Origin: Escherichia coli
Lineage (GTDB): Bacteria > Pseudomonadota > Gammaproteobacteria > Enterobacterales > Enterobacteriaceae
Direction: 5' to 3' (one strand)
Length of the DNA stretch: 64,000 nucleotides
Assembly: GCF_003334305.1 (NCBI RefSeq)
Contig: NZ_QOWS01000007.1
Shown here: positions 10,611 through 22,108 of the stretch, piece after piece
Position numbering within the stretch: position 1 is the first letter of the stretch
Layout of the letters: each line of letters opens with the position of its first letter
The notes under the pieces: model-generated
What the model was told of the DNA's origin: nothing
The model's database searches: none
Seen by the model: only the letters and a program-made list of their open reading frames with translations
Made by a program: the position numbers and the translations under genes

Positions 10611-12890
10611 TTACAGCGGTTGGGTTTGCGCTTCAACCACGGCCAGCGCCACCATGTTGACGATACGACGCACCGATGCGATCGGCGTTAACACGTGAAC
10701 CGGTTTCGCCACGCCCATCAGCACCGGACCGACAGTCACACCTTCCGAGCTGGAAACGCGCAGTAAGTTGTAACTAATGCGGGCAGCTTCCATGTTCGGC
10801 ATCACCAGAATATTGGCAGAACCTTTCAAAGGGCTGTCCGGCATACGGTCGTTGCGAATCGCTTCCACCAGCGCTGCATCGCCGTGCATTTCACCATCAA
10901 TCATCAGATCTGGCGCACGATCCCTGACCAGTTCCAGCGCCTGACGCATTTTGCTCGACGACGGGCAGTCAGAAGAACCAAAGTTGGAGTGCGACAACAG
11001 AGCAACGCGCGGCTCAATACCAAAACGACGGACAGTTTCTGCCGCCATCAAGGTGATCTCCGCCAGCTCTTCTGCGTCTGGTTCGTCATTGACGTAGGTA
11101 TCGGCAATAAAGGTGTTACCACTCGGCAGCAGCAGCGCGTTCATTGCACCTGCGGTGTGAACGCCATCGCGATAACCAAAGACATTTTTCACCACGCTAA
11201 AATGTTCATGATAATCGCCCACCGTACCGCAGATCATTGCATCGGCTTCCCCACGCTGAACCATGATCGCGCCGATCACTGTCGGGTTACTGATCAGCGC
11301 CCGCTGCGCCTGTTCCTGAGTGACACCGCGACGCTTCATGATCTGGAAGTATTCGGTCCAGTACTCTTTAAAGCGCGGATCGGATTCGTTATTGACGATC
11401 TCAAAATCAACGCCCGCTTTGATCTGCAAGCCCAGTTTCTGAATGCGCATTTCGATCACGTTCGGACGACCGATAAGGATCGGTTTCGCCAGTCCCAGCG
11501 TTACCAGTTCCTGAGTGGCATGCAGAACGCGCGCCTCTTCCCCTTCTGGCAGAACAACGCGCTTCGGCGCTTTGCGAGCCTGGGAGAAAATCGGCTTCAT
11601 AAACAGGTTGGTTTTGTAAACGAACTCAGTCAGCTTGTCGATGTAGACGTCGAAATCAGCAATCGGACGCGTCGCCACGCCCGACTCCATCGCGGCTTTA
11701 GCGACCGCAGGAGCGATCTTAACGATCAAGCGCGGATCAAACGGTTTTGGAATGATGTATTCCGGACCAAAGCTCAGATCCTGATCGCCATACGCTGAAG
11801 CCACCACTTCGCTCTGTTCGGCGTGGGCCAGTTCCGCAATCGCGCGTACCGCCGCCAGTTTCATCTCTTCATTGATAGCCGTTGCGCCAACATCCAGCGC
11901 GCCACGGAAGATAAACGGGAAGCAAAGGACGTTGTTGACCTGGTTTGGATAGTCAGAACGACCGGTGCAAATGATGGCATCCGGACGCACTTCTTTCGCC
12001 AGCGGCGGCAGAATTTCCGGTTCCGGGTTCGCCAGCGCCAGGATCATTGGCGCACGAGCCATTTTCTTCACCATTTCCTGGGTCAGCACTTTCGGGCCGG
12101 AACATCCAAGGAAAATATCCGCGCCTTCAATCACATCATCGAGGGTACGTTTGCCGTCATCCACCACCGCATATGCGGCTTTGGTTTCCGCCATGTTTGG
12201 CTCACGGCCCTGATAGATAACGCCTTTTGAATCGCAAACCACGATGTTATGTTTTTGCAGACCCAGCGCTACCAGCAGGTTCATACAGGCGATTGCTGCG
12301 GCACCCGCGCCGGAAACCACCATCCGCACGTCGGAGATGTTTTTCTCCACCACGCGCAAGCCGTTGAGGATGGCGGCAGTGCTGATGATTGCCGTGCCGT
12401 GCTGATCGTCGTGGAATACCGGAATATTCATCCGCTCGCGCAGTTTCTGTTCAATATAGAAACATTCTGGCGCTTTAATGTCTTCGAGGTTGATTCCGCC
12501 GAAGGTCGGTTCGAGCGCAGCGACAACTTCAATAAATTTGTCCGGGTCGAGTTCATCAACTTCAATGTCAAATACATCAATCCCGGCGAATTTCTTAAAC
12601 AGAACGCCCTTGCCTTCCATCACCGGTTTGCCAGCCAGCGCGCCAATGTTGCCTAACCCCAGCACCGCCGTACCGTTAGAGATCACCGCCACCAGGTTAC
12701 CGCGCGCGGTATATTTGTAGGCTTTTAACGGGTCTTTTTCGATTTCAAGACAAGGTGCGGCAACGCCTGGTGAGTAGGCCAGCGCCAGATCGCGCTGCGT
12801 TGCCAGAGGCTTGGTTGGAGAAACCTGGATTTTCCCTGGAACTGGAAATTCATGGAAATCAAGTGCACTTTGTTTTAACTGGTCATCCAT
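10611..12890 (-). CDS. maeB: NADP-dependent malic enzyme MaeB
   Basis: 759-aa ORF with malic enzyme domain plus C-terminal PTA-like domain, recognised MaeB. Confidence 0.95.
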   Translation of the reverse strand: MDDQLKQSALDFHEFPVPGKIQVSPTKPLATQRDLALAYSPGVAAPCLEIEKDPLKAYKYTARGNLVAVISNGTAVLGLGNIGALAGKPVMEGKGVLFKKFAGIDVFDIEVDELDPDKFIEVVAALEPTFGGINLEDIKAPECFYIEQKLRERMNIPVFHDDQHGTAIISTAAILNGLRVVEKNISDVRMVVSGAGAAAIACMNLLVALGLQKHNIVVCDSKGVIYQGREPNMAETKAAYAVVDDGKRTLDDVIEGADIFLGCSGPKVLTQEMVKKMARAPMILALANPEPEILPPLAKEVRPDAIICTGRSDYPNQVNNVLCFPFIFRGALDVGATAINEEMKLAAVRAIAELAHAEQSEVVASAYGDQDLSFGPEYIIPKPFDPRLIVKIAPAVAKAAMESGVATRPIADFDVYIDKLTEFVYKTNLFMKPIFSQARKAPKRVVLPEGEEARVLHATQELVTLGLAKPILIGRPNVIEMRIQKLGLQIKAGVDFEIVNNESDPRFKEYWTEYFQIMKRRGVTQEQAQRALISNPTVIGAIMVQRGEADAMICGTVGDYHEHFSVVKNVFGYRDGVHTAGAMNALLLPSGNTFIADTYVNDEPDAEELAEITLMAAETVRRFGIEPRVALLSHSNFGSSDCPSSSKMRQALELVRDRAPDLMIDGEMHGDAALVEAIRNDRMPDSPLKGSANILVMPNMEAARISYNLLRVSSSEGVTVGPVLMGVAKPVHVLTPIASVRRIVNMVALAVVEAQTQPL

Positions 12891-13178
12891 TTGGTTGTTC
12901 CTTTCACGTAACGTTCACAAATAAAGTGTGTGGGCAACAGCCCCTGCCCACAACGTGGCGCACATTATTACCCTGCCGGAGTCTTCAGACTTTGAGCAAG
13001 TCCAAACTCTCACCATTAATATAATGTTTTGGTAATAATCCTATAACACTGATGTTACCTGCTTAATCCAGCAATACCATGCCTGTCTGCTATGCTTTTT
13101 TGATGCGTTTAGCGAAATTTCTCAGAAGTGTGAATTAACGCACTCATCTAACACTTTACTTTTCAAGGAGTATTTCCT

Positions 13179-14129
13179 ATGAACGAGTTAGACGGCATCA
13201 AACAGTTCACCACTGTCGTGGCAGACAGCGGCGATATTGAGTCCATTCGCCATTATCATCCCCAGGATGCCACCACCAATCCTTCGCTGTTACTCAAGGC
13301 TGCCGGATTATCACAATATGAGCATTTAATAGACGATGCTATCGCCTGGGGTAAAAAAAATGGCAAGACCCAGGAACAACAGGTGGTCGCAGCGTGTGAC
13401 AAACTGGCGGTCAATTTCGGTGCTGAAATCCTCAAAATCGTACCCGGTCGCGTGTCAACAGAAGTTGATGCACGCCTCTCTTTTGATAAAGAAAAGAGTA
13501 TTGAGAAGGCGCGCCATCTGGTGGACTTGTATCAGCAACAAGGCGTTGAGAAATCACGCATTTTGATCAAACTGGCTTCGACCTGGGAAGGCATTCGCGC
13601 GGCCGAAGAGCTGGAAAAAGAAGGTATTAACTGCAACCTGACGCTGCTGTTTTCTTTTGCCCAGGCGCGGGCCTGTGCAGAAGCGGGCGTTTTTCTGATT
13701 TCGCCGTTTGTCGGGCGTATTTATGACTGGTATCAGGCACGCAAGCCGATGGACCCGTATGTGGTGGAAGAAGATCCGGGCGTTAAATCGGTGCGCAATA
13801 TCTACGACTACTATAAGCAACACCACTATGAAACCATTGTGATGGGCGCGAGCTTCCGTCGCACCGAACAAATCCTCGCCTTAACCGGCTGCGATCGACT
13901 GACTATCGCACCGAATTTGCTGAAGGAGCTGCAGGAAAAAGTTTCGCCAGTGGTACGTAAATTAATCCCGCCTTCTCAGACGTTCCCACGCCCAGCACCC
14001 ATGAGCGAAGCGGAGTTCCGTTGGGAGCACAATCAGGATGCGATGGCGGTAGAAAAACTGTCTGAAGGCATTCGTCTGTTCGCCGTTGATCAACGCAAAC
14101 TGGAAGATCTTCTTGCCGCCAAACTATAA
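13179..14129 (+). CDS. talA: Transaldolase A
   Basis: 316-aa ORF, recognised TalA. Confidence 0.95.
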   Translation: MNELDGIKQFTTVVADSGDIESIRHYHPQDATTNPSLLLKAAGLSQYEHLIDDAIAWGKKNGKTQEQQVVAACDKLAVNFGAEILKIVPGRVSTEVDARLSFDKEKSIEKARHLVDLYQQQGVEKSRILIKLASTWEGIRAAEELEKEGINCNLTLLFSFAQARACAEAGVFLISPFVGRIYDWYQARKPMDPYVVEEDPGVKSVRNIYDYYKQHHYETIVMGASFRRTEQILALTGCDRLTIAPNLLKELQEKVSPVVRKLIPPSQTFPRPAPMSEAEFRWEHNQDAMAVEKLSEGIRLFAVDQRKLEDLLAAKL

Positions 14130-14148
14130 ACCAGCCACGGAGTGTTAT

Positions 14149-16152
14149 ATGTCCCGAAAAGACCTTGCCAATGCGATTCGCGCACTCAGTATGGATGCGG
14201 TACAAAAAGCCAATTCTGGTCATCCCGGCGCGCCGATGGGCATGGCTGATATTGCCGAAGTGCTGTGGAACGATTTTCTTAAACATAACCCTACCGACCC
14301 AACCTGGTATGATCGCGACCGCTTTATTCTTTCCAACGGTCACGCGTCGATGCTGCTCTACAGTTTGCTACATCTGACCGGTTACGACCTGCCGCTGGAA
14401 GAACTGAAGAACTTCCGTCAGTTGCATTCGAAAACCCCAGGCCACCCGGAGATTGGCTATACGCCAGGCGTTGAAACCACCACCGGCCCGCTTGGACAAG
14501 GTTTGGCGAACGCCGTCGGGCTGGCGATAGCGGAACGTACATTGGCGGCGCAGTTTAACCAGCCAGACCATGAGATCGTCGATCACTTCACCTATGTGTT
14601 TATGGGCGACGGCTGCCTGATGGAAGGTATTTCCCACGAAGTCTGTTCGCTGGCAGGCACGCTGGGACTGGGCAAGCTGATTGGTTTTTACGATCACAAC
14701 GGTATTTCCATCGACGGTGAAACAGAAGGCTGGTTTACCGACGATACGGCAAAACGTTTTGAAGCCTATCACTGGCATGTGATCCATGAAATCGACGGTC
14801 ACGATCCGCAGGCGGTGAAGGAAGCGATCCTTGAAGCGCAAAGCGTGAAAGATAAGCCGTCGCTGATTATCTGCCGTACGGTGATTGGCTTTGGTTCGCC
14901 GAATAAAGCAGGTAAGGAAGAGGCGCACGGCGCACCACTGGGGGAAGAAGAAGTGGCGCTGGCACGGCAAAAACTGGGCTGGCACCATCCGCCATTTGAG
15001 ATCCCTAAAAAGATTTATCACGCCTGGGATGCCCGTGAAAAAGGCGAAAAAGCGCAGCAGAGCTGGAATGAGAAGTTTGCCGCCTATAAAAAGGCTCATC
15101 CGCAACTGGCAGAAGAGTTTACCCGACGGATGAGCGGTGGTTTACCGAAGGACTGGGAGAAAACGACTCAGAAATATATCAATGAGTTACAGGCAAATCC
15201 GGCGAAAATCGCTACCCGTAAGGCTTCGCAAAATACGCTTAACGCTTACGGGCCGATGCTGCCTGAGTTGCTCGGCGGTTCGGCGGATCTGGCTCCCAGC
15301 AACCTGACCATCTGGAAAGGTTCTGTTTCGCTGAAGGAAGATCCAGCGGGCAACTACATTCACTACGGGGTGCGTGAATTTGGCATGACCGCTATCGCCA
15401 ACGGCATCGCGCACCACGGCGGCTTTGTGCCGTATACCGCGACGTTCCTGATGTTTGTTGAATACGCCCGTAACGCCGCGCGGATGGCGGCACTGATGAA
15501 AGCGCGGCAGATTATGGTTTATACCCACGACTCAATTGGCCTGGGCGAAGATGGTCCGACGCACCAGGCTGTTGAGCAACTGGCCAGCCTGCGCTTAACG
15601 CCAAATTTCAGCACCTGGCGACCGTGCGATCAGGTGGAAGCGGCGGTGGGCTGGAAGCTGGCGGTTGAGCGCCACAACGGACCGACGGCACTGATCCTCT
15701 CAAGGCAGAATCTGGCCCAGGTGGAACGTACGCCGGATCAGGTTAAAGAGATTGCTCGTGGCGGTTATGTGCTGAAAGACAGCGGCGGTAAGCCAGATAT
15801 TATTTTGATTGCCACCGGTTCAGAGATGGAAATTACCCTGCAAGCGGCAGAGAAATTAGCAGGAGAAGGTCGCAATGTACGCGTAGTTTCCCTGCCCTCG
15901 ACCGATATTTTCGACGCCCAGGATGAGGAATATCGGGAGTCGGTGTTGCCTTCTAACGTTGCGGCTCGCGTGGCGGTGGAAGCAGGTATTGCCGATTACT
16001 GGTACAAGTATGTTGGTCTGAAAGGGGCAATTGTCGGGATGACGGGTTACGGGGAATCTGCTCCGGCGGATAAGCTGTTCCCGTTCTTTGGCTTTACCGC
16101 CGAGAATATTGTGGCAAAAGCGCATAAGGTGCTGGGAGTGAAAGGTGCCTGA
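14149..16152 (+). CDS. tktB: Transketolase 2
   Basis: Track ORF is 688 aa; start chosen at [27 protein letters not shown] (667 aa), 20 bp after the talA stop. Confidence 0.93.
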   Translation: MSRKDLANAIRALSMDAVQKANSGHPGAPMGMADIAEVLWNDFLKHNPTDPTWYDRDRFILSNGHASMLLYSLLHLTGYDLPLEELKNFRQLHSKTPGHPEIGYTPGVETTTGPLGQGLANAVGLAIAERTLAAQFNQPDHEIVDHFTYVFMGDGCLMEGISHEVCSLAGTLGLGKLIGFYDHNGISIDGETEGWFTDDTAKRFEAYHWHVIHEIDGHDPQAVKEAILEAQSVKDKPSLIICRTVIGFGSPNKAGKEEAHGAPLGEEEVALARQKLGWHHPPFEIPKKIYHAWDAREKGEKAQQSWNEKFAAYKKAHPQLAEEFTRRMSGGLPKDWEKTTQKYINELQANPAKIATRKASQNTLNAYGPMLPELLGGSADLAPSNLTIWKGSVSLKEDPAGNYIHYGVREFGMTAIANGIAHHGGFVPYTATFLMFVEYARNAARMAALMKARQIMVYTHDSIGLGEDGPTHQAVEQLASLRLTPNFSTWRPCDQVEAAVGWKLAVERHNGPTALILSRQNLAQVERTPDQVKEIARGGYVLKDSGGKPDIILIATGSEMEITLQAAEKLAGEGRNVRVVSLPSTDIFDAQDEEYRESVLPSNVAARVAVEAGIADYWYKYVGLKGAIVGMTGYGESAPADKLFPFFGFTAENIVAKAHKVLGVKGA

Positions 16153-16157
16153 TGGTG

Positions 16158-16232
16158 ATCGCCGGATGCTGATTGCCGGATGCGACGCTGACGCGTCTTA
16201 TCCGGCCTACAGCGTCTTATCCGGCCTACATG
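16158..16232. repeat. REP/BIME cluster between convergent tktB and ypfG
   Basis: Repeated gccggatg / cttatccggcctaca units. Confidence 0.6.
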
Positions 16233-16247
16233 TCCCCGCAATTTTGT

Positions 16248-17291
16248 TTAACGGGTGATCCACAACGTGGGCCAGGCGTCTGGCCCATGCCAGTTATCGC
16301 AGGTGGGTTCTGCGGCATAACGCACCAGGCGAAAACGCTGACCGTCAAAGCGCCAGCGCGCCTGAATGCCACAATCGCTTAATCCGCGCCCTTTCGCTAA
16401 GGTCACCAGTTCACGCGATTTCTCATCAAATGTTGCGTTCATCAGTTCCAGTTCATTCGTCTCCTGACCGTTGTTGAACGGCAAACGCAACCGAACCGGG
16501 CGCGAGGCTAGTGGCTTTTTACGCGACACAATCCATGCCAAATCAATGGTGTTATAGGCCCCTGCCTCACAGCTAATCATCATCAGCGCTTTATCATCAG
16601 TCAGCGCAGTGACATTCACCTCACGACGTAACGGATCAAGCGAGCAGCGCAGACCATTCATCCGCCAGTTTCCATAATCCAGCAAATCGTTGCGTTCTTC
16701 GAGTGAGAGTGGCGTCGGCGTTGGGTTAACCACCGCGACCTCTTTCAGCGCAGGCGCGGGCGGTACGCTGAGCGGCGGTTCGTCCCCTTTCTTGATCCAC
16801 GCGGTTTCACTGCCAACGCGCTTTTGCTGAGCATCAATAAACAACAACGCCGCTTTTAAGCCACTCAGAGAAATGGTCTGATTGCCGTCGCGTAAGGTGA
16901 TCGCCTTCCCTTCCTGAATCATCTGCAAAAACGCGGTGATGGTTGCCGTATCATCGGTTACTAATAACCATGGTGAAATCCGCCACTTGTCACCACTTAA
17001 CGCCAACGGCTCACCATCTAACAGCAGCCGTGGCGCTATCTCTCCTTCAGACGCATCCGGCGACTTCAACCCGCCGCGCTCAATACGTAAAACGGCATCG
17101 GTATGCGCCCCGGCGCTGCGGCTCAGGGTCATCACCAGTCCATTATGATCGCCCGTATTGCGCGCCACGCAGAAGTTTTGGTTATTACAGGTGACCTGCC
17201 AGTCGGAAAACGCCCGTTGCGCTGGTGCCGCCCACACCAAAGACGTCGGCAACAAAGCGAAAAAAAAGAGAAGGAAAATGCGATAGCGCAT
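16248..17291 (-). CDS. ypfG: DUF1176 protein YpfG, signal peptide-bearing
   Basis: 347-aa ORF with N-terminal hydrophobic signal sequence, recognised YpfG. Confidence 0.88.
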   Translation of the reverse strand: MRYRIFLLFFFALLPTSLVWAAPAQRAFSDWQVTCNNQNFCVARNTGDHNGLVMTLSRSAGAHTDAVLRIERGGLKSPDASEGEIAPRLLLDGEPLALSGDKWRISPWLLVTDDTATITAFLQMIQEGKAITLRDGNQTISLSGLKAALLFIDAQQKRVGSETAWIKKGDEPPLSVPPAPALKEVAVVNPTPTPLSLEERNDLLDYGNWRMNGLRCSLDPLRREVNVTALTDDKALMMISCEAGAYNTIDLAWIVSRKKPLASRPVRLRLPFNNGQETNELELMNATFDEKSRELVTLAKGRGLSDCGIQARWRFDGQRFRLVRYAAEPTCDNWHGPDAWPTLWITR

Positions 17292-17416
17292 GGACGGTAC
17301 GACCCCAGAAGTTCAAACAAACAGCACAAGTCGTATCTTCGTTGCGCAGGTAGCGCGGCTCAATCAGATTTGTCGGATTGAGCCAATAATAAACAACGAA
17401 ATATTATTGTTATTTT

Positions 17417-17992
17417 TCAGTCCATTAAATGTGACGTTTGCAAATAGTTAAGCAATAACACCGTCTTACCGTCACGTATCTCGCCGGTTTTGATCATCTC
17501 CAGCGCCTGGCTGAACGGCAGCTCGAGCACTTCAATATCTTCATCTTCAACACCGCCACCGGCGTTAGCGCGCTGATTGTCACTGTATTCGGCGATAAAA
17601 AAGTGGATTAGCTCAGTCACACCGCCAGGCGACATATACAGTTCAAATAATTTGCGCACTTCGCCCACTTCATAGCCCGTCTCTTCAATCGCTTCTTTAC
17701 GAATGCACACTTCCGGTTCGTCGTTATCCAGCAGCCCGGCGCAGGTTTCAATCAGCTGCCCGCTTTCATTGCCATTAACCCAGGTAGCGACACGGAACTG
17801 ACGAATCAGAACCACGGTCTTTTTCTTCGCGTTGTACAGGAGGATCGTCGCACCATTACCGCGATCGTAAACTTCACGTTTATGGCGGATAACTTCGCCA
17901 TCTTTGCGCGTGAGATCGTAAGTAATGTTGTGCAGGGTGAAATAGTTATCGGAGAGAATTTTGTCTTTAATGAGGGTGATTTGTTGCGTCAT
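17417..17992 (-). CDS. nudK: GDP-mannose pyrophosphatase NudK (Nudix hydrolase)
   Basis: Track ORF is 200 aa; start chosen at [15 protein letters not shown] (191 aa); Nudix box present. Confidence 0.87.
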   Translation of the reverse strand: MTQQITLIKDKILSDNYFTLHNITYDLTRKDGEVIRHKREVYDRGNGATILLYNAKKKTVVLIRQFRVATWVNGNESGQLIETCAGLLDNDEPEVCIRKEAIEETGYEVGEVRKLFELYMSPGGVTELIHFFIAEYSDNQRANAGGGVEDEDIEVLELPFSQALEMIKTGEIRDGKTVLLLNYLQTSHLMD

Positions 17993-18059
17993 ACCGACTC
18001 CACAGCGCGAAATGAACAATTATATTACGCTGTGAAGTCGGGTTTGTCTGCGCAGGCTA

Positions 18060-20039
18060 TCAGTGAGATTTGACTGATTTTACCCCCAGCCAGTCAATAA
18101 TCCCCTGTGCCGCATGACGTCCTTCTGCCATTGCGGTAACCACCAGATCCGCACCACGCACGGCGTCGCCACCGGCGAAGATTTTCGGATTGGTGGTCTG
18201 GTAACGGTACTGGCTTTCCACATCCGCGATGATGCGGCCCCATTTGTCTACCGTTACACCGTGCGACTCCAGCCACGGCATCCCGTGTGGATTGAAGCCA
18301 AACGCCATAATCACCGCATCGGCTGGCATGACAAATTCACTGCCCTCAATCGGTACAGGTCGCCGACGCCCCTGGGCATCCGGCTCGCCAAGACGCGTGC
18401 GCAGGAAACGAATCCCGCAGACGTGACCTTGTTCATTCAGCTCAAGCGCCACCGGCTGGACGTTAAATTCGAAGTTGGCCCCCTCTTCGCGGGCGTTCCT
18501 CACCTCTTTCTTCGAGCCTGGCATGTTAGCTTCATCACGACGATAAGCGCAGGTGACGTTACTCGCGCCGTGGCGCAGCGCAGTACGCACACAGTCCATC
18601 GCGGTGTCGCCGCCGCCCAGTACCACGACGTTAAGTCCGGCGGTATTGATAAACGGCTCTTCCGGTAGCTCTTCGAGCCCCATCACCTGTTTAGTGTTGG
18701 CAATGAGGAACGGCAGCGCGTCATAAACGCCCGGCGCATCTTCATTGGGTAAACCCGCTTTCATGGAACGGTAAGTGCCTACGCCAACGAAGACCGCGTC
18801 GTATTGTTCCAAAAGCGAATCCAAAGAGACATCTTTACCCACTTCACAATTGAGTTCGAAGTGAATCCCCATCGCGCTGAAGATTTCCCGACGGCGTGCC
18901 AGCAGGGATTTATCCAGTTTGAAAGAAGGAATGCCGAAAGTGAGCAAGCCACCGATTTCTGGATGGCGATCGTACACCATCACCCCCACGCCATTGCGGG
19001 TCAGAACATCCGCACAGGCCAGCCCTGCCGGACCTGCACCGATAATCGCCACCCGCTTGTCCACTTTGGTGACATGGCTTAAGTCAGGACGCCAACCTTT
19101 CGCCAACGCCTGATCTGAAATGTAGCGTTCAATGTTGCCGATAGTTACCGCGCCGTGCTCATCGCGAATAGTACAGGCACCTTCACACAAACGGTCTTGC
19201 GGACAAACGCGTCCGGTAATTTCCGGCAGGGTGTTGGTCTGGTGAGAAAGCTCGACGGCGGCGTCGATGTTTCCGGCTTTCACCAGTTCAATCCACTGCG
19301 GTATATGGTTATGCAGCGGGCAGGTCCATTCACAAACGCTGTGCTCGCCGCACTTAAGGCAGCGCGAGGCTTCCCGTTGTGCCTGGTCGGCGCGAAATGG
19401 CAGATAAATTTCATCAAAACCGGTTTTGCGCGCTTCAATCGCCAGTTTATCCGGCTCGCCACGCGCGGGCGTTGCCTGCATTTGTTCGACTTTACTCATT
19501 ACCGGCATTTCTTGCGCCGCGGTACTGGCATGCCACGGTTGATGTTCCTGACGCGCGGTGCGCAAGCGGCGGGATTTCGCCATGCCGGAGAGTGCGACGT
19601 CAGTGACCAGTTGCAGCGCGTCCGCCGGGCAATTCTCAACACAGGCAGGACCGTTTTCGCGCCCCGCACAAAGGTCGCATTTATGCGCCGTGGCTTTTAC
19701 TTTTCCTGCCGCGACGGGTGTCAGGACGATTTGCATCGTACCAAAAGGACAGGCCACCACGCAGGATTTACAGCCAATACACTTTTGCTGATTGACCTGA
19801 ATGCTGTCATCAACGTGGCTGATTGCGCCATTAGGGCAGCTACGGGCGCAGGGCGCATCTTCACAATGGTGACAGGTCACTGCACTACGTTGCTGTTGAT
19901 GTTTGATAACCGTAATTCGGGGATGAAAATGGTGTTGGCTCAGGACATGTTGCTCATCATTGTGAGCCATGACACAGGCGATTTCACAAGCATGACAACC
20001 CAGACATTGCTGACTGTTGGCCATAATAAAACGATTCAT
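18060..20039 (-). CDS. aegA: Putative Fe-S/FAD oxidoreductase AegA (GltD-like with ferredoxin-type Cys clusters)
   Basis: 659-aa ORF with multiple CxxCxxCxxxCP motifs and a GltD-like NAD(P)-binding domain, recognised AegA. Confidence 0.9.
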   Translation of the reverse strand: MNRFIMANSQQCLGCHACEIACVMAHNDEQHVLSQHHFHPRITVIKHQQQRSAVTCHHCEDAPCARSCPNGAISHVDDSIQVNQQKCIGCKSCVVACPFGTMQIVLTPVAAGKVKATAHKCDLCAGRENGPACVENCPADALQLVTDVALSGMAKSRRLRTARQEHQPWHASTAAQEMPVMSKVEQMQATPARGEPDKLAIEARKTGFDEIYLPFRADQAQREASRCLKCGEHSVCEWTCPLHNHIPQWIELVKAGNIDAAVELSHQTNTLPEITGRVCPQDRLCEGACTIRDEHGAVTIGNIERYISDQALAKGWRPDLSHVTKVDKRVAIIGAGPAGLACADVLTRNGVGVMVYDRHPEIGGLLTFGIPSFKLDKSLLARRREIFSAMGIHFELNCEVGKDVSLDSLLEQYDAVFVGVGTYRSMKAGLPNEDAPGVYDALPFLIANTKQVMGLEELPEEPFINTAGLNVVVLGGGDTAMDCVRTALRHGASNVTCAYRRDEANMPGSKKEVRNAREEGANFEFNVQPVALELNEQGHVCGIRFLRTRLGEPDAQGRRRPVPIEGSEFVMPADAVIMAFGFNPHGMPWLESHGVTVDKWGRIIADVESQYRYQTTNPKIFAGGDAVRGADLVVTAMAEGRHAAQGIIDWLGVKSVKSH

Positions 20040-20244
20040 AACGACCTTCTTTTTTGGTTGTAAAAACCTTATTCTTTATATGAGTGTTGTTATTACCCGA
20101 CTTACAGGGGAATCGGCAATGTTCATGTGCCCAGAATAAGTAACTATTTCGCTATAAACTGTGGCAGATCAAATAATCCCATCACTGACTAAATTGTGTT
20201 TCAGCGAACTGGAACATTAATGATTTTTTGTGGAGAAGACGCGT

Positions 20245-21945
20245 GTGATTGTTAAACGACCCGTCTCGGCCAGTCTGGCCCGGGCCTTTTTTTACATTGT
20301 GCTGCTGTCGATTCTTTCCACGGGTATCGCTCTGCTAACTCTGGCGAGCAGTTTGCGCGACGCTGAGGCTATCAATATTGCCGGATCGCTGCGTATGCAG
20401 AGTTACCGCCTGGGCTACGACTTGCAAAGTGGCAGTCCACAACTCAATGCACATCGCCAGTTGTTTCAGCAGGCACTGCATTCACCGGTATTAACCAATC
20501 TCAACGTCTGGTATGTGCCAGAAGCAGTAAAAACTCGCTATGCGCATCTGAATGCCAACTGGCTGGAGATGAATAATCGGCTCAGCAAGGGCGATTTGCC
20601 GTGGTATCAGGCCAATATTAATAATTATGTTAATCAGATAGACCTGTTCGTGCTGGCTTTACAGCACTACGCTGAACGCAAAATGCTGCTGGTGGTGGCG
20701 ATTTCCCTGGCTGGCGGTATCGGTATTTTCACGCTGGTCTTTTTTACTTTGCGCCGCATACGCCATCAGGTGGTTGCCCCGCTGAATCAGCTGGTTACCG
20801 CCAGTCAGCGTATTGAACACGGACAGTTCGACTCGCCGCCGCTGGATACCAGTCTGCCGAATGAGCTTGGTCTGCTTGCAAAAACCTTTAACCAGATGTC
20901 GAGCGAGCTGCATAAATTGTACCTTTCGCTGGAGGCGTCAGTAGAAGAAAAGACCCGCGATCTCCACGAGGCCAAGCGTCGTCTGGAGGTGTTGTATCAA
21001 TGTTCCCAGGCGCTGAACACCAGCCAGATTGATGTGCATTGTTTCCGCCATATTTTGCAGATTGTTCGCGACAATGAAGCGGCTGAATATCTGGAGTTAA
21101 ATGTCGGTGAAAACTGGCGGATTAGCGAAGGGCAACCAAACCCGGAATTGCCGATGCAGATTTTACCGGTGACAATGCAAGAGACGGTTTACGGCGAACT
21201 GCACTGGCAAAATAGTCACGTTTCATCATCAGAACCGCTGCTTAACAGCGTTTCGTCGATGCTGGGACGCGGTTTGTACTTTAATCAGGCGCAGAAGCAT
21301 TTTCAGCAGTTATTGTTGATGGAAGAACGTGCAACCATCGCCCGCGAATTGCACGACTCGCTGGCTCAGGTACTTTCTTACTTACGTATCCAGTTGACGT
21401 TACTGAAGCGTTCGATACCGGAAGATAACGCCACCGCACAAAGTATCATGGCCGATTTTTCCCAGGCGTTGAATGATGCTTATCGGCAGTTACGCGAGCT
21501 GTTGACTACTTTCCGCCTGACGCTGCAGCAGGCGGATCTCCCCTCCGCGTTGAGGGAAATGCTGGATACGTTACAAAATCAAACCAGCGCCAAACTGACC
21601 CTCGACTGCCGTCTGCCAACCCTGGCGCTGGATGCGCAAATGCAGGTGCATTTGTTGCAAATTATTCGCGAAGCGGTGCTGAATGCGATGAAGCACGCCA
21701 ACGCCAGCGAAATCGCCGTCAGTTGCGTCACCGCGCCGGACGGCAATCACACGGTTTATATCCGTGATAACGGGATTGGCATCGGTGAACCGAAAGAGCC
21801 CGAAGGTCATTATGGTCTGAATATCATGCGCGAACGCGCGGAACGGCTGGGTGGGACGCTGACTTTTTCACAACCTTCCGGCGGCGGCACGTTAGTGAGT
21901 ATTAGCTTTCGCTCCGCGGAGGGTGAGGAAAGTCAGCTGATGTAA
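20245..21945 (+). CDS. narQ: Nitrate/nitrite sensor histidine kinase NarQ
   Basis: Track ORF begins at GTG 20230; start chosen at in-frame GTG 20245 (MIVKRPVS, 566 aa), matching the recalled NarQ N-terminus. Confidence 0.88.
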   Translation: MIVKRPVSASLARAFFYIVLLSILSTGIALLTLASSLRDAEAINIAGSLRMQSYRLGYDLQSGSPQLNAHRQLFQQALHSPVLTNLNVWYVPEAVKTRYAHLNANWLEMNNRLSKGDLPWYQANINNYVNQIDLFVLALQHYAERKMLLVVAISLAGGIGIFTLVFFTLRRIRHQVVAPLNQLVTASQRIEHGQFDSPPLDTSLPNELGLLAKTFNQMSSELHKLYLSLEASVEEKTRDLHEAKRRLEVLYQCSQALNTSQIDVHCFRHILQIVRDNEAAEYLELNVGENWRISEGQPNPELPMQILPVTMQETVYGELHWQNSHVSSSEPLLNSVSSMLGRGLYFNQAQKHFQQLLLMEERATIARELHDSLAQVLSYLRIQLTLLKRSIPEDNATAQSIMADFSQALNDAYRQLRELLTTFRLTLQQADLPSALREMLDTLQNQTSAKLTLDCRLPTLALDAQMQVHLLQIIREAVLNAMKHANASEIAVSCVTAPDGNHTVYIRDNGIGIGEPKEPEGHYGLNIMRERAERLGGTLTFSQPSGGGTLVSISFRSAEGEESQLM

Positions 21946-22020
21946 TGCCTCCTACTGACCAAAGAATACTTGCACTTAAGGTTCAGTATAAAAGGGCATG
22001 ATAATTTACATTAACTCCTT

Positions 22021-22038
22021 TTTTTCTCCACGATTGGC
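22021..22038 (+). promoter_or_regulatory. BaeR-box-like site upstream of acrD
   Basis: tttttctccacgattggc matches the published BaeR consensus TTTTTCTCCATDATTGGC, about 70 bp upstream of the acrD start. Confidence 0.5.
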
Positions 22039-22108
22039 TCGTACCTTGCCGCTACAGTGAAGCAAGTCAAGCCTACAACGATACGCAGAAACACGAGGTC
22101 CTCTTTTA

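Noticed and set aside
10397-10636. 79-aa ORF in the eutS-maeB intergenic region
   Set aside because: Overlaps the maeB 3' end and an AT-rich promoter region; composition is low-complexity; more plausibly the eut promoter and maeB terminator region than a gene.
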